A stretch of DNA of 64,000 bases from Octopus bimaculoides (GCF_001194135.2 NC_068994.1:37749644-37813643), one strand, 5' to 3'; positions 25,775-39,320 are shown, counted from the first letter of the stretch. The notes: generated from the sequence alone by a model not told the origin. Made by a program: numbers and translations.

Positions 25775-28095
25775 AATATGGTAAGGAAGGAAAGAAGGAA
25801 GGAAGGAAAGAAAGAAGAGATGGAAAGGAAAGGAAAGGAAGGAGGAGATAAAGGATTAAAGAAAGAAAGAAAGAAAGAAAGAAAAGAAGGAAGGATAGAA
25901 AGAAAGAAAGAAAGAAAGAAATATGGGAAGGAAGGAAAGAAGCAGGAAGGGAAGAAGAGAAGAAGGAAAGAAGGGAAGAAGAGAAGAAGGAAAGAAAGTA
26001 AGAAGGAAAGAAAGAAACGAAGAAAGAAGGAAGGAAAGAAACAAAGAGAGAGAAATGATAAAGAAAAAGTAAGAATAGGAAGGATAAGGTGGACAGAGAG
26101 AGAGAAAGAAACATTACAAAAGGAGAAAGTGACTAAGAAAGGAGAGGAAGAAAGGAATGGAGTGCGAAGGAGTGAGCATGAGACAGATATGATGCATAGA
26201 AATATAGTGGGAGGAGGAGGAAAGAGATAAATGAATCAAAGGTGAGAGGAAAAAGAAGGAGGAGAAAGGGAGAAGAAGGGGAAGAGAAGGAGAAGGAGAA
26301 GGAGAAAGAGGAGAAAGATGAGATGCAGTAGTAATAGTGGGAAAGATCTAGTAGTAGCAGCAGCAGTTGCAGCAACAGCAACAGCAACGTCATCATCATC
26401 ATCATCACCATCAGCAGCTGTAACATTAGCAGTAGTTTTAGTAGTNNNNNNNNNNNNNNNNNNNNNNNNNNNNNNNNNNNNNNNNNNNNNNNNNNNNNNN
26501 NNNNNNNNNNNNNNNNNNNNNNNNNNNNNNNNNNNNNNNNNNNNNNNNNNNNNNNNNNNNNNNNNNNNNNNNNNNNNNNNNNNNNNNNNNNNNNNNNNNN
26601 NNNNNNNNNNNNNNNNNNNNNNNNNNNNNNNNNNNNNNNNNNNNNNNNNNNNNNNNNNNNNNNNNNNNNNNNNNNNNNNNNNNNNNNNNNNNNNNNNNNN
26701 NNNNNNNNNNNNNNNNNNNNNNNNNNNNNNNNNNNNNNNNNNNNNNNNNNNNNNNNNNNNNNNNNNNNNNNNNNNNNNNNNNNNNNNNNNNNNNNNNNNN
26801 NNNNNNNNNNNNNNNNNNNNNNNNNNNNNNNNNNNNNNNNNNNNNNNNNNNNNNNNNNNNNNNNNNNNNNNNNNNNNNNNNNNNNNNNNNNNNNNNNNNN
26901 NNNNNNNNNNNNNNNNNNNNNNNNNNNNNNNNNNNNNNNNNNNNNNNNNNNNNNNNNNNNNNNNNNNNNNNNNNNNNNNNNNNNNNNNNNNNNNNNNNNN
27001 NNNNNNNNNNNNNNNNNNNNNNNNNNNNNNNNNNNNNNNNNNNNNNNNNNNNNNNNNNNNNNNNNNNNNNNNNNNNNNNNNNNNNNNNNNNNNNNNNNNN
27101 NNNNNNNNNNNNNNNNNNNNNNNNNNNNNNNNNNNNNNNNNNNNNNNNNNNNNNNNNNNNNNNNNNNNNNNNNNNNNNNNNNNNNNNNNNNNNNNNNNNN
27201 NNNNNNNNNNNNNNNNNNNNNNNNNNNNNNNNNNNNNNNNNNNNNNNNNNNNNNNNNNNNNNNNNNNNNNNNNNNNNNNNNNNNNNNNNNNNNNNNNNNN
27301 NNNNNNNNNNNNNNNNNNNNNNNNNNNNNNNNNNNNNNNNNNNNNNNNNNNNNNNNNNNNNNNNNNNNNNNNNNNNNNNNNNNNTGAATGAATGAATGGA
27401 TGCAAGACAAGAAAAATGAAAGAAAACAAGGAAGAATAAACAGAATGTAGAATGTAAGAAAACCAAACAAGGAAGGAAAGAAAGAAGGAAGGAAGGAAGG
27501 AAGGAAGGAAGGAAGGAAGGAGGGAAGGAGGGAAGGAAGGAAAGAAGGAAAGGATACACACATTAAGATGGAATAAAGAAAGAAAGAAAGAAAGGAAGAA
27601 AGGGGAAAAAGCAAAGGTGAACCAAAAGCTGAAGTAGAACTGAGAAGGGTTGGTGAGAAAGAAGGAGAATGAAACAAAGCATACATGAAATAATGAAAGA
27701 GAAGAAAGAAGAGAATGGTAAAAAGAAAATAAGTGTCAAGAGGAATGAAATATAAAGAAATGAAGGATGTACAAGACGAAATAGAAAATGAAAGGAAGGA
27801 TATGAAATAAAAAAAAAGATGGTCCAAATAAAATAAGGAATAAGGAAAATATAAAAGATAGAAAGAATGAGTGGAAGAATAAAATAAAGAAATATAGAAC
27901 AAAATACTAAGAAAGAAGCAAAGGAAAATGAAAGTGAAAGTGAAAGTAGAGTGATGTGAGATGAAGGGAAAGAACACTACAGAAATAAAGTGGTAGATAA
28001 ATAGTGAGTGAATGAGTGAGAGAAGGAGGGAGAGGAAAGAGAAAGTGGTGAGTGAGTGAGAGAGGAAAATAAAAAAGTGTTATAGAATAGATAAA
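23745..28095 (+). repeat. ~4.3-kb purine-biased low-complexity domain (GAAA/GGAA/GAG) with two N gaps
   Basis: Seen directly. It contains a 149-bp-period tandem duplication (atggaaagga at 25671 and 25820). Confidence 0.9.
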
Positions 28096-28400
28096 TACAC
28101 ACACACACACACACACACACAAACGAGCAGACAGGCAAACTCATATCCATATGTACATATCAATATATAACTTTGCTGCACATGGCTGTGCTGAGGCACA
28201 AGTATGGCTGTTTCCAGGTGCAGATATAACTTTGTGACTCAGAAGTTTGTTTTGCAACAGTGTGTTTCAGGGTTCAGTCCTACTGCACAGCATCTTGGGC
28301 AAGTGTTTTCTACAATAGCTCCAGACCAATTAGTACTTTGTGAGTGAGTTTGGTAAAAGGAAAATGAGCACTTGCTTGACAGACATAGACACATACATAC

Positions 28401-28652
28401 TCTTTTACTCTTTTATTCTTTTACTTGTTTCAGTCATTTTGACTGTGGCCATGCTGGAGCACCACCTTTAGTCGAGCAAATCGACCCCAGGACCTATTCT
28501 TTGTAAGCCTAGTACTTATTCTATCGGTCTCTTTTGCTGAACTGCTAATGTTATGGGGACGTAAACACACCAGCATCGGTTGTCAAGCGATGGTGGGGGG
28601 GGGGACAAACACAGACACATAAACACAGACACACACACACACACACACACAT

Positions 28653-28707
<55 letters not shown>

Positions 28708-28865
28708 TACGACGGGCTTCTTTCAGTTTCCGTCTACTAAATCCACTCACAAGGCTTTGGTTGGCCCGAGGCTATAGTAGAAGACACTTGCCCAAGGTGC
28801 CACGCAGTGGGACTGAAACCGGAACCATATGGTTGGTAAGCAAACTACTTACCACACAGCCACTC
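28401..28865 (-). mobile_element. Full-length SINE family A copy with internal (CA)n(TA)n
   Basis: Head gagtggctgtgtggtaag (28865 downward), tail ctcttttac repeats, CpGs retained. Confidence 0.92.
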
Positions 28866-28889
28866 ATACATACATAGATACATACATAC

Positions 28890-29460
28890 AACAAAGAATA
28901 CTGGTGAAACACCCCAATAAAGACATCAATTCAGTGCAAACATTACAGATCTAATATTGTTCTGTGGAACAAGGAACAAAAGCCATGCACTGTTGTCCAG
29001 CAGATGTGAATGTACAATCAAAAGTCTAGTGAAAAGAGAACATCTATGGTGAATTAATATGGAACTTACAGCTTTTGTACCCTGACTGTGAATTCTTCTC
29101 AGTTGTACCTATTGTCATAGGGGTGTTAGGTTATGTACCTACAAATTTGCTCAAAAACCTTCAAATACTCATTTTCGTGGAAAAAGACCAAAAGAAACTG
29201 ATGTGGATTCTACAAAACCAAATCTATTAGTGGCACAGTTTTAAGATTTGTAAGACATTCACAAAATTCTCCATCTGTGATTCTTCTGTGAATAGCTGCA
29301 CATACTTGGGTGTATGCATTGAAAAACTCAACCAACACCCCAACTCAGCCACATATTTACAAACACCAGGAACTCTCTTAACTCAAAATGTTTTTTTGCT
29401 TTGTTAGCAACTGACTTGAAATCTCTCAAGAAAAACTTAAACTAAACTCAAAAGAAATAT
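28890..29460 (+). mobile_element. 5'-truncated RLE-type LINE (endonuclease domain plus 3'UTR) flanked by (CATA)n
   Basis: NKEYW*NTPIKTS...NIVLWNKEQKPC...CPADVN...KENIYGELIWNLQLLYPD...VVPIVIGVLGYVP...ISGTV. CATA repeats lie on both sides. Confidence 0.85.
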
Positions 29461-29790
29461 CATACATACATACATGCATACATGCATGTATATATGTAGT
29501 TACAAACATACATTTACACATACAAACATTAGCTAGCAGGCTGAAACTTCAAAGTGATTGTCACTCCTCTTCTTGGAAAAGTATAATAAACATGTGCTCT
29601 ACAGAAAAATATTGTGCGTTTCTTCACTTAATTGTTAATTTTTTTTTTTTATAACTCAACAGAGGCAAACAATACTTACACACACATAAACACACATATG
29701 CGAGCACATATGTGTGTGTGAGTGAGTGTTTATGTGTGCATGTTTGTGTATATGTGTATATGTATATATGTATGTATGTGTGTGTGTATG

Positions 29791-29832
<42 letters not shown>

Positions 29833-29946
29833 NNNNNNNNNNNNNNNNNNNNNNNNNNNNNNNNNNNNNNNNNNNNNNNNNNNNNNNNNNNNNNNNNNNN
29901 NNNNNNNNNNNNNNNNNNNNNNNNNNNNNNNNNNNNNNNNNNGAGA

Positions 29947-29982
<36 letters not shown>

Positions 29983-30018
29983 AATATATTTGCATGTGTA
30001 CGTGTGTATGTGTGTGTG

Positions 30019-30061
<43 letters not shown>

Positions 30062-30674
30062 TGAGAGAGAGAGAGAGTGAATGATATATATATATATATA
30101 TAAATACAAATATATTTGCATGCATGCATGTGTGTGTGTGTATCTGTGTGTATGTATGTATGTAAGCAATACTGTGAAAAATAATTTAATGGTTACTGTT
30201 TACGCGATACATTTTATGTTTCTTGTTTGTCTCCATTCTTGTAAAACAGAGAGAAAGAGAGAGGGAGAGAGAAGGGGAGGGAGAGAGTGATGGAGAGCGG
30301 GAGGGAGAGAGAAAGTGAGAGAGTGGAAGGAAAAGAGTTAAAACAGGAAGTAGGAAAAGAAAAAAAGGATGAAAAGAAAGGAAAGAGAAGACAAAGTTAG
30401 AGAAAGGTAACATGAGAACCAGCAAAGAAAGCAAACAAGAGTAAAAGGAAAAGAAGAGAAGAAGAGACTGGAAAGGTAGGAGAGAAAGAGAGAGAGGCAG
30501 AGAAAGAGAGAGAGAGGAAAGGGTAGAGGAAAGGAGGGAGTGAAAAAGAGCAATGGAGAGCTGAAATTAAGGATGTGAGTATTTCTTTTAATAAGAATAT
30601 AAAAAACTTTTATACTGGTAGACCAAGAGAGAACATTAAAATATATGTAGATATACAAGCATATATATAAGCAT

Positions 30675-30793
30675 AGGCGTAGGAGTGGCTGTGTGGTAAG
30701 TAGCTTGCTTACCAACCACATGGTTCCGGGTTCAGTCCCACTGCGGGGCACCGAGTGGATTTGGTAGACGGAAACTGAAAGAAGCCTGTTGTA

Positions 30794-30833
<40 letters not shown>

Positions 30834-31045
30834 NNNNNNNNNNNNNNNNNNNNNNNNNNNNNNNNNNNNNNNNNNNNNNNNNNNNNNNNNNNNNNNNNNN
30901 NNNNNNNNNNNNNNNNNNNNNNNNNNNNNNNNNNNNNNNNNNNNNNNNNNNNNNNNNNGGCTTACAAAGAATAAGTCCTGGGGTCGATTTGCTCGACTAA
31001 GGGCGGTGCTCCAGCATGGCCACAGTCAAATGACTGAAGCAAGTA
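30675..31045 (+). mobile_element. SINE family A copy with an internal deletion and an N gap
   Basis: ggagtggctgtgtggtaagtagc...ggttcagtcccactgc and tail gcaagtaaaagagtaaaagag. Confidence 0.88.
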
Positions 31046-31269
31046 AAAGAGTAAAAGAGTATAGGTTTCAAATTCTGGCACAAGGCCAGCAATTTCAGGA
31101 AGAGATTAAGTTGATTACATCGACCCACCCCAGTGCTTGACTGGTACTTATTTTATCGACCCCCAAATGGATGAAAGGCAAAGTCACCCCCAGCAGATTT
31201 GAACTCAGAATGAAAAGATGGACAAAATGCCACTAAGCACCTTGCTAATGATTCTACTGGCTCAATGCC

Positions 31270-31810
31270 CTAATACGGGTATAAATATAGATATATAGAT
31301 ATGTAGATAACAAACACTGACATAAATAGACACACATATAAACACATATATATAGGCGTAAACGCATAAAAAGTTGCAAACACACATAAATGGAAATATG
31401 CACCAAAACACACTTACATACAAATATTGGGACACAAACACACACACATGCACACACACATACATGCATATGCATACATGAATACATAGATGCATAAATG
31501 CAAACATGACATAGACATTAACATGTATAGACATAGATTTATAGACGCAGACTCAAATACAGACATATAAACAGTTACATAAGCACAAACACAAATACAC
31601 ATATAGACATACACAAACCCAGGTGAAGAGACGCAAGCACACACATATATATATGTACAGACATACACACAGACATATATGCAGACACACATGCATACAC
31701 ACAAAGACACGGACGCAGACACACACACATACACACACACACACACACAAAGACGTGGACACTCACATAGACAGACTCAAACACATACACACATATGCAC
31801 ACCCACCCAC

Positions 31811-31849
<39 letters not shown>

Positions 31850-32443
31850 AAGACATAGACACACACATAGACACTGAGACTCAAACACACACGTGCACAC
31901 ACACATATATACATACACACACATACACATATGCATGCAGACAAGCACACCCAAAGGAGCAAACACACAGACACACAAATGTGCAGGATCTAACATACAA
32001 GCAGATAAACAAACACAAGATGCACATAAAGTACACCTAAATAAGCACACATACGCACAAACATGCACTCACATATCCATAAGCAGGCATGCAAACTCAC
32101 AAGCACGCACACAAGCACACACGCATACACACATGCATACACACACACATGTGCATACACACACGCACACACGTGCATACACACAGACTCTCAAACATAC
32201 ACACACAACTACACAACTACATGTGCATACACAAACACAGACGCACAAGCATACGCTGTAAATATACGAGTATACATGCACACAAGCATACAAACGCACA
32301 CACACAACCACATAACCACACATGCACAGCCATGCAAGCAAATACACAGGCACACAGAGGCACACACAACAACAAGCACACAAGCGCACACGCAAACACA
32401 CATCTACATACACACAAACTCACAAACAAATACACAAGTGCAT

Positions 32444-32487
<44 letters not shown>

Positions 32488-32870
32488 ACACATGCAAGAA
32501 TGATCAAAAAACAAACATGAAAGAATACATACACACATGCACGCACACAAATACACACACATAAACATACAAATACACAGACATGAAGGGATGCATACAC
32601 AAGCGCATAAATATACAAAGAAATATACACACGCAAACATACACAAGCATACATGCATGCACACACACACACACACACTCTTCTCATGCAAATACACACA
32701 TACAAACATATACACTAACATATACTCACACACATGTAAATACAAAGATCAACATACAAACAGTCACACACTCATAACAACAAACAACAAACAAACAAAC
32801 CTACAAAACATGTAAATAAAAATAAAGCTTATGCACATACAAATATTGAAACATGCACATTCAAGTATGC
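31270..32870 (+). repeat. ~1.6-kb degenerate CA-rich (ACAC/ACAT) low-complexity tract
   Basis: Seen directly. It explains the His/Thr- and Cys/Val-rich ORFs. Confidence 0.9.
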
Positions 32871-32879
32871 ATACACAGG

Positions 32880-33480
32880 CAGGCATGGCTGTGCAGTTAA
32901 GAAACTTGCTTCCCAACCACATGGTTTGGGGTTCAGTCTCACTGCACAGTTCCTTGAGCAAGTGATGTTTTTTACGATAGCCCTGAGGCATCAATGCCTT
33001 GTGAAAGAATTTGCTAGAAAGAAACTGGAAACCCATTGTGAGCTTGTGTGTGTGTGTGCGTGTTTGTGTGTGTGTGTGTGTTTGTGTGTGTATGTGTGTG
33101 TGTGTGCGTGTGTAAGTGTGTGTTTGAGTGTGCGTGTGCGTGCAAGAGTGAGTGTTTGTGAGTGTGTGTGTGAGTGGGTGTGGTGTGGTGTGCTTGAGTG
33201 AATATGTGTGTGTGTGTGTGTCTGTCTGTGTGTGTGTGTGTGTCTGTCTCTGTGTGTGTGTGTGTGTGTTTGTCTCCACCCACTGTTTGACAACTGGTTT
33301 TTTTTATAACATCTCCACAACTTAGAAGTTTGATAAAAGAGACTGATATAATAAGTGCCAGACTTAAAGAATAATTACTGGGTTAATTTATTCGACTGAA
33401 CTAATCAAGGTGGTGCCTCAGCATGGCCACAGTCCAACAACCGAAACAAGTCAGACATAAGCAAACATACAAACACAGCT
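32880..33480 (+). mobile_element. SINE family A copy with an expanded internal (TG)n
   Basis: Head catggctgtgcagttaag...gggttcagtctcactgc and tail gtggtgcctcagcatggccacagtcc...gaaacaag. Confidence 0.82.
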
Positions 33481-33589
33481 CCTACAAGGTAACAAGGGAT
33501 GCATCTAAGCCTAAGGTAGAGAGGCCTGTGACCTGTTCTGGGTAGCATGGGAAGGACACACAATGTTGACATACCCCAAGACCTAAAAA

Positions 33590-34065
33590 AAGTGTCCAAA
33601 AGGGAGCAAACCCGGACAATTGGTAACTGAAACAACACAACCTTTACAGTGGAGGATGTCAGATGCTGTCAGCTAGATATAGTTGGGGTTATCTCAACAA
33701 AGTTCTGAGGCCTTGACACTGTAAATTTGGATGAAGAATGGAAAATCCACTATTTAGGTGTGGTGCCAAGAATGGCTGCATAGGTGGGAGTGGTGATACT
33801 AAGAAGTCACCGGCAATCAGAATATGCTATGGACTGGATCCTGTAGAGTGGGACACCTTGCTACTTGAAGCTTAGAGTGAAAGTTTGGCCTCTGCCAGTG
33901 GATGGTGGAAGTTTATGTGCCAAACAGTAAGCTTCAATACAGATCCTTCCTTAATGAAGTCAGTACAACACTAGATGTAGTTAAGACCAAGTCATATATC
34001 CCAATGGGAGACTTCAATGCTCATGTTGGCACTGACCACCTGATATGGAAAGCAGTGATATGTAT
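33590..34065 (+). mobile_element. RTE (Rex3/Expander-like) LINE AP-endonuclease fragment, degenerate
   Basis: QLDIVGVISTK...WKIHYLGV...VGVVIL...EVYVPNSKLQYRSFLNEV...IPMGDFNAHVGTDHLIWKAVI, including the GDFNAHVG APE motif. Confidence 0.85.
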
Positions 34066-34089
34066 ATGTATATATAAATATATGGAGGA

Positions 34090-34412
34090 GACCCCCTTCA
34101 ATCATGAATGACCGTGGGATTGTACCTAGAAAGTTACCCTCTGGGGCACAAGTCCGGGCAAAGTTGTTTGTGGAAGGCTAGCAGTCGCCCATGCATACCA
34201 GCCTCACCTCTCCTTACCACTGATGTTATCCAAGGGAAAAGCACAGGCTGAGACAGCTTGGCACCAGTGATGTCACAACTGATCTCTACAGCTGAGTTAA
34301 CTGGAGCAACATGAAATAAAGTGTCTTGCTCAAGAACACAACATGCAGCCCAGTCAAACTCACAACCTCACAATTGTAAGCTCAATGCTCTAACCACTAA
34401 GCTATGCACCTT
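34090..34412 (-). mobile_element. SINE family B variant, full length
   Basis: Head tgaaggtgcatagcttagtggttagagcattg, then gtgttcttgagcaagacactttatttcatgttgctccag. Confidence 0.8.
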
Positions 34413-34434
34413 CACATATAAATATAAATATATA

Positions 34435-34491
<57 letters not shown>

Positions 34492-34554
34492 GTATGTATG
34501 TATGTATACACACACACATATATATATATATATATACACACGCATCTATGTATA

Positions 34555-34945
34555 TAACTATCATGCCAACAACCACCTTGAACACCTTTTTGAGCTCCAT
34601 CTGTCTAACACATGTGGGCATGCCTATAAAGTCAGAAAACACCATAACTCCCATAACTTTCGGTAACATTTTTTCACACTCAGAGTTGCTGAAGCACGGA
34701 ACAAACTACCTGCATCAGTTGTTAGTTGCCTAGACATTGCATCCTTTAAAACCTCCATGCTTCCTGAAATTCGCAAAAAACCACAACTGATATCACCCAC
34801 ACCATACACATGCACACATGTATATCATGCTCATAAACTGTAAACTTTCATGACTTTTGTACATAATTCTATGTATTGTACATGTACCTTTGATGAGTTG
34901 TAGTGCACCTGAGTACTATACACAATAATTTCATTATCATCATCA
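34555..34945 (+). mobile_element. CR1-clade LINE 3' end
   Basis: [14 protein letters not shown]...HFFTLRVAEARNKLPASVVSCLDIASFKTSMLPEI matches the CR1 'FF..RV...WN.LP..VV...FK' pattern. It ends in an (ATC/ATT)n tail. Confidence 0.85.
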
Positions 34946-35048
34946 TTATTTTTATTATCACCACCACCACCTTCACTCCTAAAATTATCATTGAAGGTCA
35001 TCATTGGATATGAGTAGAGAGCTATCATATAGGTATATACATATGGTC

Positions 35049-35092
<44 letters not shown>

Positions 35093-35102
35093 NNNNNNNN
35101 NN

Positions 35103-35142
<40 letters not shown>

Positions 35143-35471
35143 TGTATATTTAATTGTATATGTATATGTGCTTCTATGCATGTATGATTGTATATATGTA
35201 TATGCATATACATATAGACGTACGTGCACATACACACACTTGACACATATATAAACACACCCGTATGTGAGCATAGGCATTCACTTATGTGTGTATGTTT
35301 ATATATATATATTGTGTGTGTGTGTATTGATAGATAGATAGATAGATAGATAGATATAGATAAATAGATAGATGCATACATATATACATACATATATACA
35401 AATGTACATGTGCACACACACATACACACATGCCTGCACACACTCATGAAGACGCACACACACACAAACAT

Positions 35472-35511
<40 letters not shown>

Positions 35512-36240
35512 GCTCTCAAACATACACATTCAAACATACAAGCATACACACACAGCCACACAAGCACATGCACACGCACAAGCATACACACGCAAACATA
35601 TGCGTATACACATCTGCAAAGTGAGATTACTGTCATACTGATCTCTCAATAATACATCTGCTTTATTCCTGAACAAGGTACATAACTCTGCCTGGTTTCA
35701 TTTGCCTTAGCTAATAAAAAATATACTCCATTCTCTACTAAGCAGTCGATTGGCAGTGAGCTAATGTGAGTGCTTCTGTGTGGTTCTTTGCTCCATAAGA
35801 AATAGCAGAATAACTTTGAAATAAAAGTCACATTAAGGAATATATTCTAAGGCATCATTTCCTAAAATAAAAGCAAAATCCAGACTTATCGAGAGTTAAG
35901 TGTTAGCAACAATGCTTTGCAGTTGTTCTTCTTTAGCCCTGGGTCAGTACTGGTTGAGGAGATTTATGATTAAAGACAGTCCAGCCATGAAAATCATATC
36001 TTTTTTAAGCATTATAGATTTAAGACTAAATTACATGGCATTATGTGGGTTATTCATTTTTTAAAAGACAGAAGTGTAATTTGAGTAGGATTTGGGTTGC
36101 TATTTTTGGCATGTTAAGTAAATATCTTATTGGCTTGGCTCAGTTGAGTGGTCAGGCTATGGAAGAAGTATTCCTATAAATGTATATTTTCATATGTGAG
36201 TGTATGTAAGTGCGAAACAACATTAGATATTTTGTGTGTG

Positions 36241-36275
<35 letters not shown>

Positions 36276-36452
36276 ATGTGTGTGCGTGCTTAGATGCATA
36301 CACTCATTAGTGTAATACACACACACATTTATATGCGCATAGATGTATATACTTATATATATATCTATGAATATATATACACATGTGTCTATGTGTGTAA
36401 GCATGCACACACACATAAATCCATACATCCATACTGCATCTCCCCTAATATA

Positions 36453-36488
<36 letters not shown>

Positions 36489-36547
36489 TAGTGTAGGGGA
36501 GATGCAGTAGGGATTTACGCAGTTAACCAATGCCCTCATCCCAATAA

Positions 36548-36860
36548 GGTAACTGCAGGAAAAATACTTAGCTAACTGTAAGCCATTGTACCCAGCATTT
36601 GTTGACCTGGAGAAGATCTTTGACAGAATTCCATAATCTGATGATCAGTGAGAAAACTAAGGATAGATGAATATTAAACATAAGCCTTGTACAGAGATGA
36701 TGTCAATGGGATGAGTGTGAGCCATGAGTACAGCAAGAAATTTTGCATACAGGTAAGAATCCACCAGCATTCTATCCTCAGCCCACTTCTGTTTAGCATA
36801 GATCTCTAGACTGTAGCATTAGAGTTTAAGATTGGGTAAGTGTAGGAACTCCTCTCTGTT
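36548..36860 (+). mobile_element. Degenerate RTE RT fragment
   Basis: QLQEKYLANCKPLYPAFVDLEKIFDRIP...QVRIHQHSILSPLLF, related to the 2-268 family. Confidence 0.8.
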
Positions 36861-36977
36861 GTGGTACTGATGGCAGCGGACTGGACTATTGCATGTTGTT
36901 ACACACCACCTGTCACAATGCATTCCCTCGCATTGTTTTAGCTTTTGAATGATGCCATCTTGCCGGTTAAGCAGGCA

Positions 36978-37015
<38 letters not shown>

Positions 37016-37245
37016 CCAACATTTCCCAGATCAGAACAGCAGTCCCTTGCAAGGTTACCCATTTACAGCTGAGTGAACTGAAGCAATATAAACTGAAATG
37101 TCTTGCTCAAGAATACAATAGACCACCAGCACGGGGATTGAAATCGTTATCTTGCAATCGTGAGTGTGACACATTAACGGTTAGGTCAAACACCCTCTTA
37201 CACACATGCAAACATTTATATGTATATATGAATAGACAGACAGAT

Positions 37246-37305
<60 letters not shown>

Positions 37306-37875
37306 GTGGTTCTTTTTGTGTGTGTGCATGAGAGAGTGTCTGTTTTTGTGTGCATTTGTGTGTGAATGTGTGTGTGTGTGTGCATGTGTGTGTGTGCATT
37401 TGTGTGTGTGTTTTAACATATAAATTGCTAAGTGACATGTCAAGTTATTTTGTTGGTTAGTTCCCTTCTTTCTGTTATGTTGAAAGAAGAGAGCAGTAGT
37501 TGTGCAGAAGAAGGTTGTGTAAGGGAGAAGAAAGTATTATAAAGAGGTAATAGATAAGTGGAAAATTGATAGAATGGAAGACAGCAACTTGTGAGTGAAG
37601 AAGTTATGCAAAAAAAAAAAAATGCTATTTAAATAATAGGTGGTGAAGTGGAAGAGATAGTGTAACAGAGGAGAAGGGGGGGAAAAAAGGAAAATAAAGC
37701 TCTGCAGTAGACAGGGAGAAATTAGAGAGGTGATGTGATTAAATAACAGAGGTATAGGAAGTGAGTGAATAATAATGTGAAAGAGATATCATGTATGACA
37801 TCAAAGTGGTGAGAGCAACATTGGGAAATGAAGAAAATATGTGGAGACAGAATTTAGTTGAGAGAAAAATGAGAG

Positions 37876-37909
<34 letters not shown>

Positions 37910-38594
37910 TGGAGCAGATGTGAAGAAATAAAGGAAGTATAAGAGTAAGTTTGTGAGAACATTAAAGAGAGTAGAAGTAAAACTAATAAGCATATCTAAA
38001 GGAAGACAAAATGAAGGCCAGCAATTTTATTCTATGAGTTCAGAATGGAATGCAAAGCATTGAAACTGCTTGTAATACAAGCTATGTATTTGACCAGAGG
38101 ATCAGCAAATGAATATAGAGTTCAGCATTGGTTATAAAAATTTTGTTGTTTAAGCAGGCGACGAGAAGATAAGGAAAAGGTGACAGATAACCTGCTACAA
38201 TTGTTAGTGACCAATTGAGAGGACCGCTACTGAAATATAGCCATGCAAAACAATTTGGCAAGTTGCAAAAGAATGAAATGTTAACCACTCAGGCTTTGCT
38301 TAACGTTTTTATTACATTGGTACAGATGTGGTTGTGTAGCTAAGATGGTTGTTTCTCAAACATGTGATCTTAGGTTCAGTTCAATCCCACTGCACGATAA
38401 CTTGTGGGTAGATGTAGTAAATGGAAACTGAAAGGAGCCTTTTGCATACATGCATACATGCATATATATATATATATTTACATATATTATATACTTATAT
38501 ATATATACATATATATATATGTATATATGTATGTATATATATATGTGTATATATATATATATATACATACATACATACATATATATATATATAT

Positions 38595-38990
38595 TCTTCT
38601 ATTTGTTATACTCATTTGACTGCAGCCATGCTGGAGCATCACCTTTAGTCAAACAAATCTACCCCAGGGTTCATTATTTGTAAGTCTAGTACTTCGTCTA
38701 TTGGTCTCTTTTGATGAACTGCTAAGTTACGGGGACGTAAACACACCAGCATCACTTGCCAAGTGATGGAGGAAGGGACAAACATATACACACAAACACA
38801 CACACACACACACATATATATACGACATGCTTCTTCCAGTTTCCATCTACCAAATCCACTCACAAAGCTTTGATTGGCCTGAGGCTATAGTAGAAGACAT
38901 TTGCCCAAGGTACCATGCAGTGGGACTGAACCTGAACCATGTGATTGGGAAGCAAGCTGCTTACCACACAGCCACTCCTGTGCCTATATA
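38595..38990 (-). mobile_element. Full-length SINE family A copy
   Basis: catttgactgcagccatgctggagc...cagtgggactgaacc...accacacagccactcc. Confidence 0.88.
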
Positions 38991-39059
38991 CATATGTGCG
39001 TGTGTGTGCGTGTGTGTGCGTGTGTGTGCGTGTGTGTGTGTGTGTGTGAAGGGGTAGTG

Positions 39060-39320
39060 GGAAATTTCACTGTAAACATTTTACCATGCGAAAATTTGCC
39101 ATATAAAACTTCATTTTAAATTACCTCATCAAATTTTTTGAATGTTTCCCGTTGAAATAAAGACCTGCCTATTTAATGATTTTATAAAACATTCGATTAT
39201 TCTATTTTTTTTTTATTTTCAAAAATGGTGATATAATCATCCATACAGTGAATTTTTCTTACAATGAATTTTCCTACACTGCAAAATTTCATACAGCAAA
39301 TTTTTCGGAGACAGTGTATG
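39060..39320. mobile_element. Possible foldback-type MITE with ~15-nt subterminal repeats in inverted orientation
   Basis: Left aaatttcactgta is the reverse complement of right tacagtgaatttt. The right side has about four variants of acagtgaattttcct. No TSD was recognised. Confidence 0.4.

Noticed and set aside
23384-27977. Long hydrophobic F/L/S-rich or K/E/R-rich ORFs
   Set aside because: They are products of purine/pyrimidine low-complexity DNA and N gaps.
31254-33320. Many His/Thr and Cys/Val ORFs (also 4912-5541, 60012-60932, 62360-62919)
   Set aside because: They are translations of CA/TG/TA repeats.
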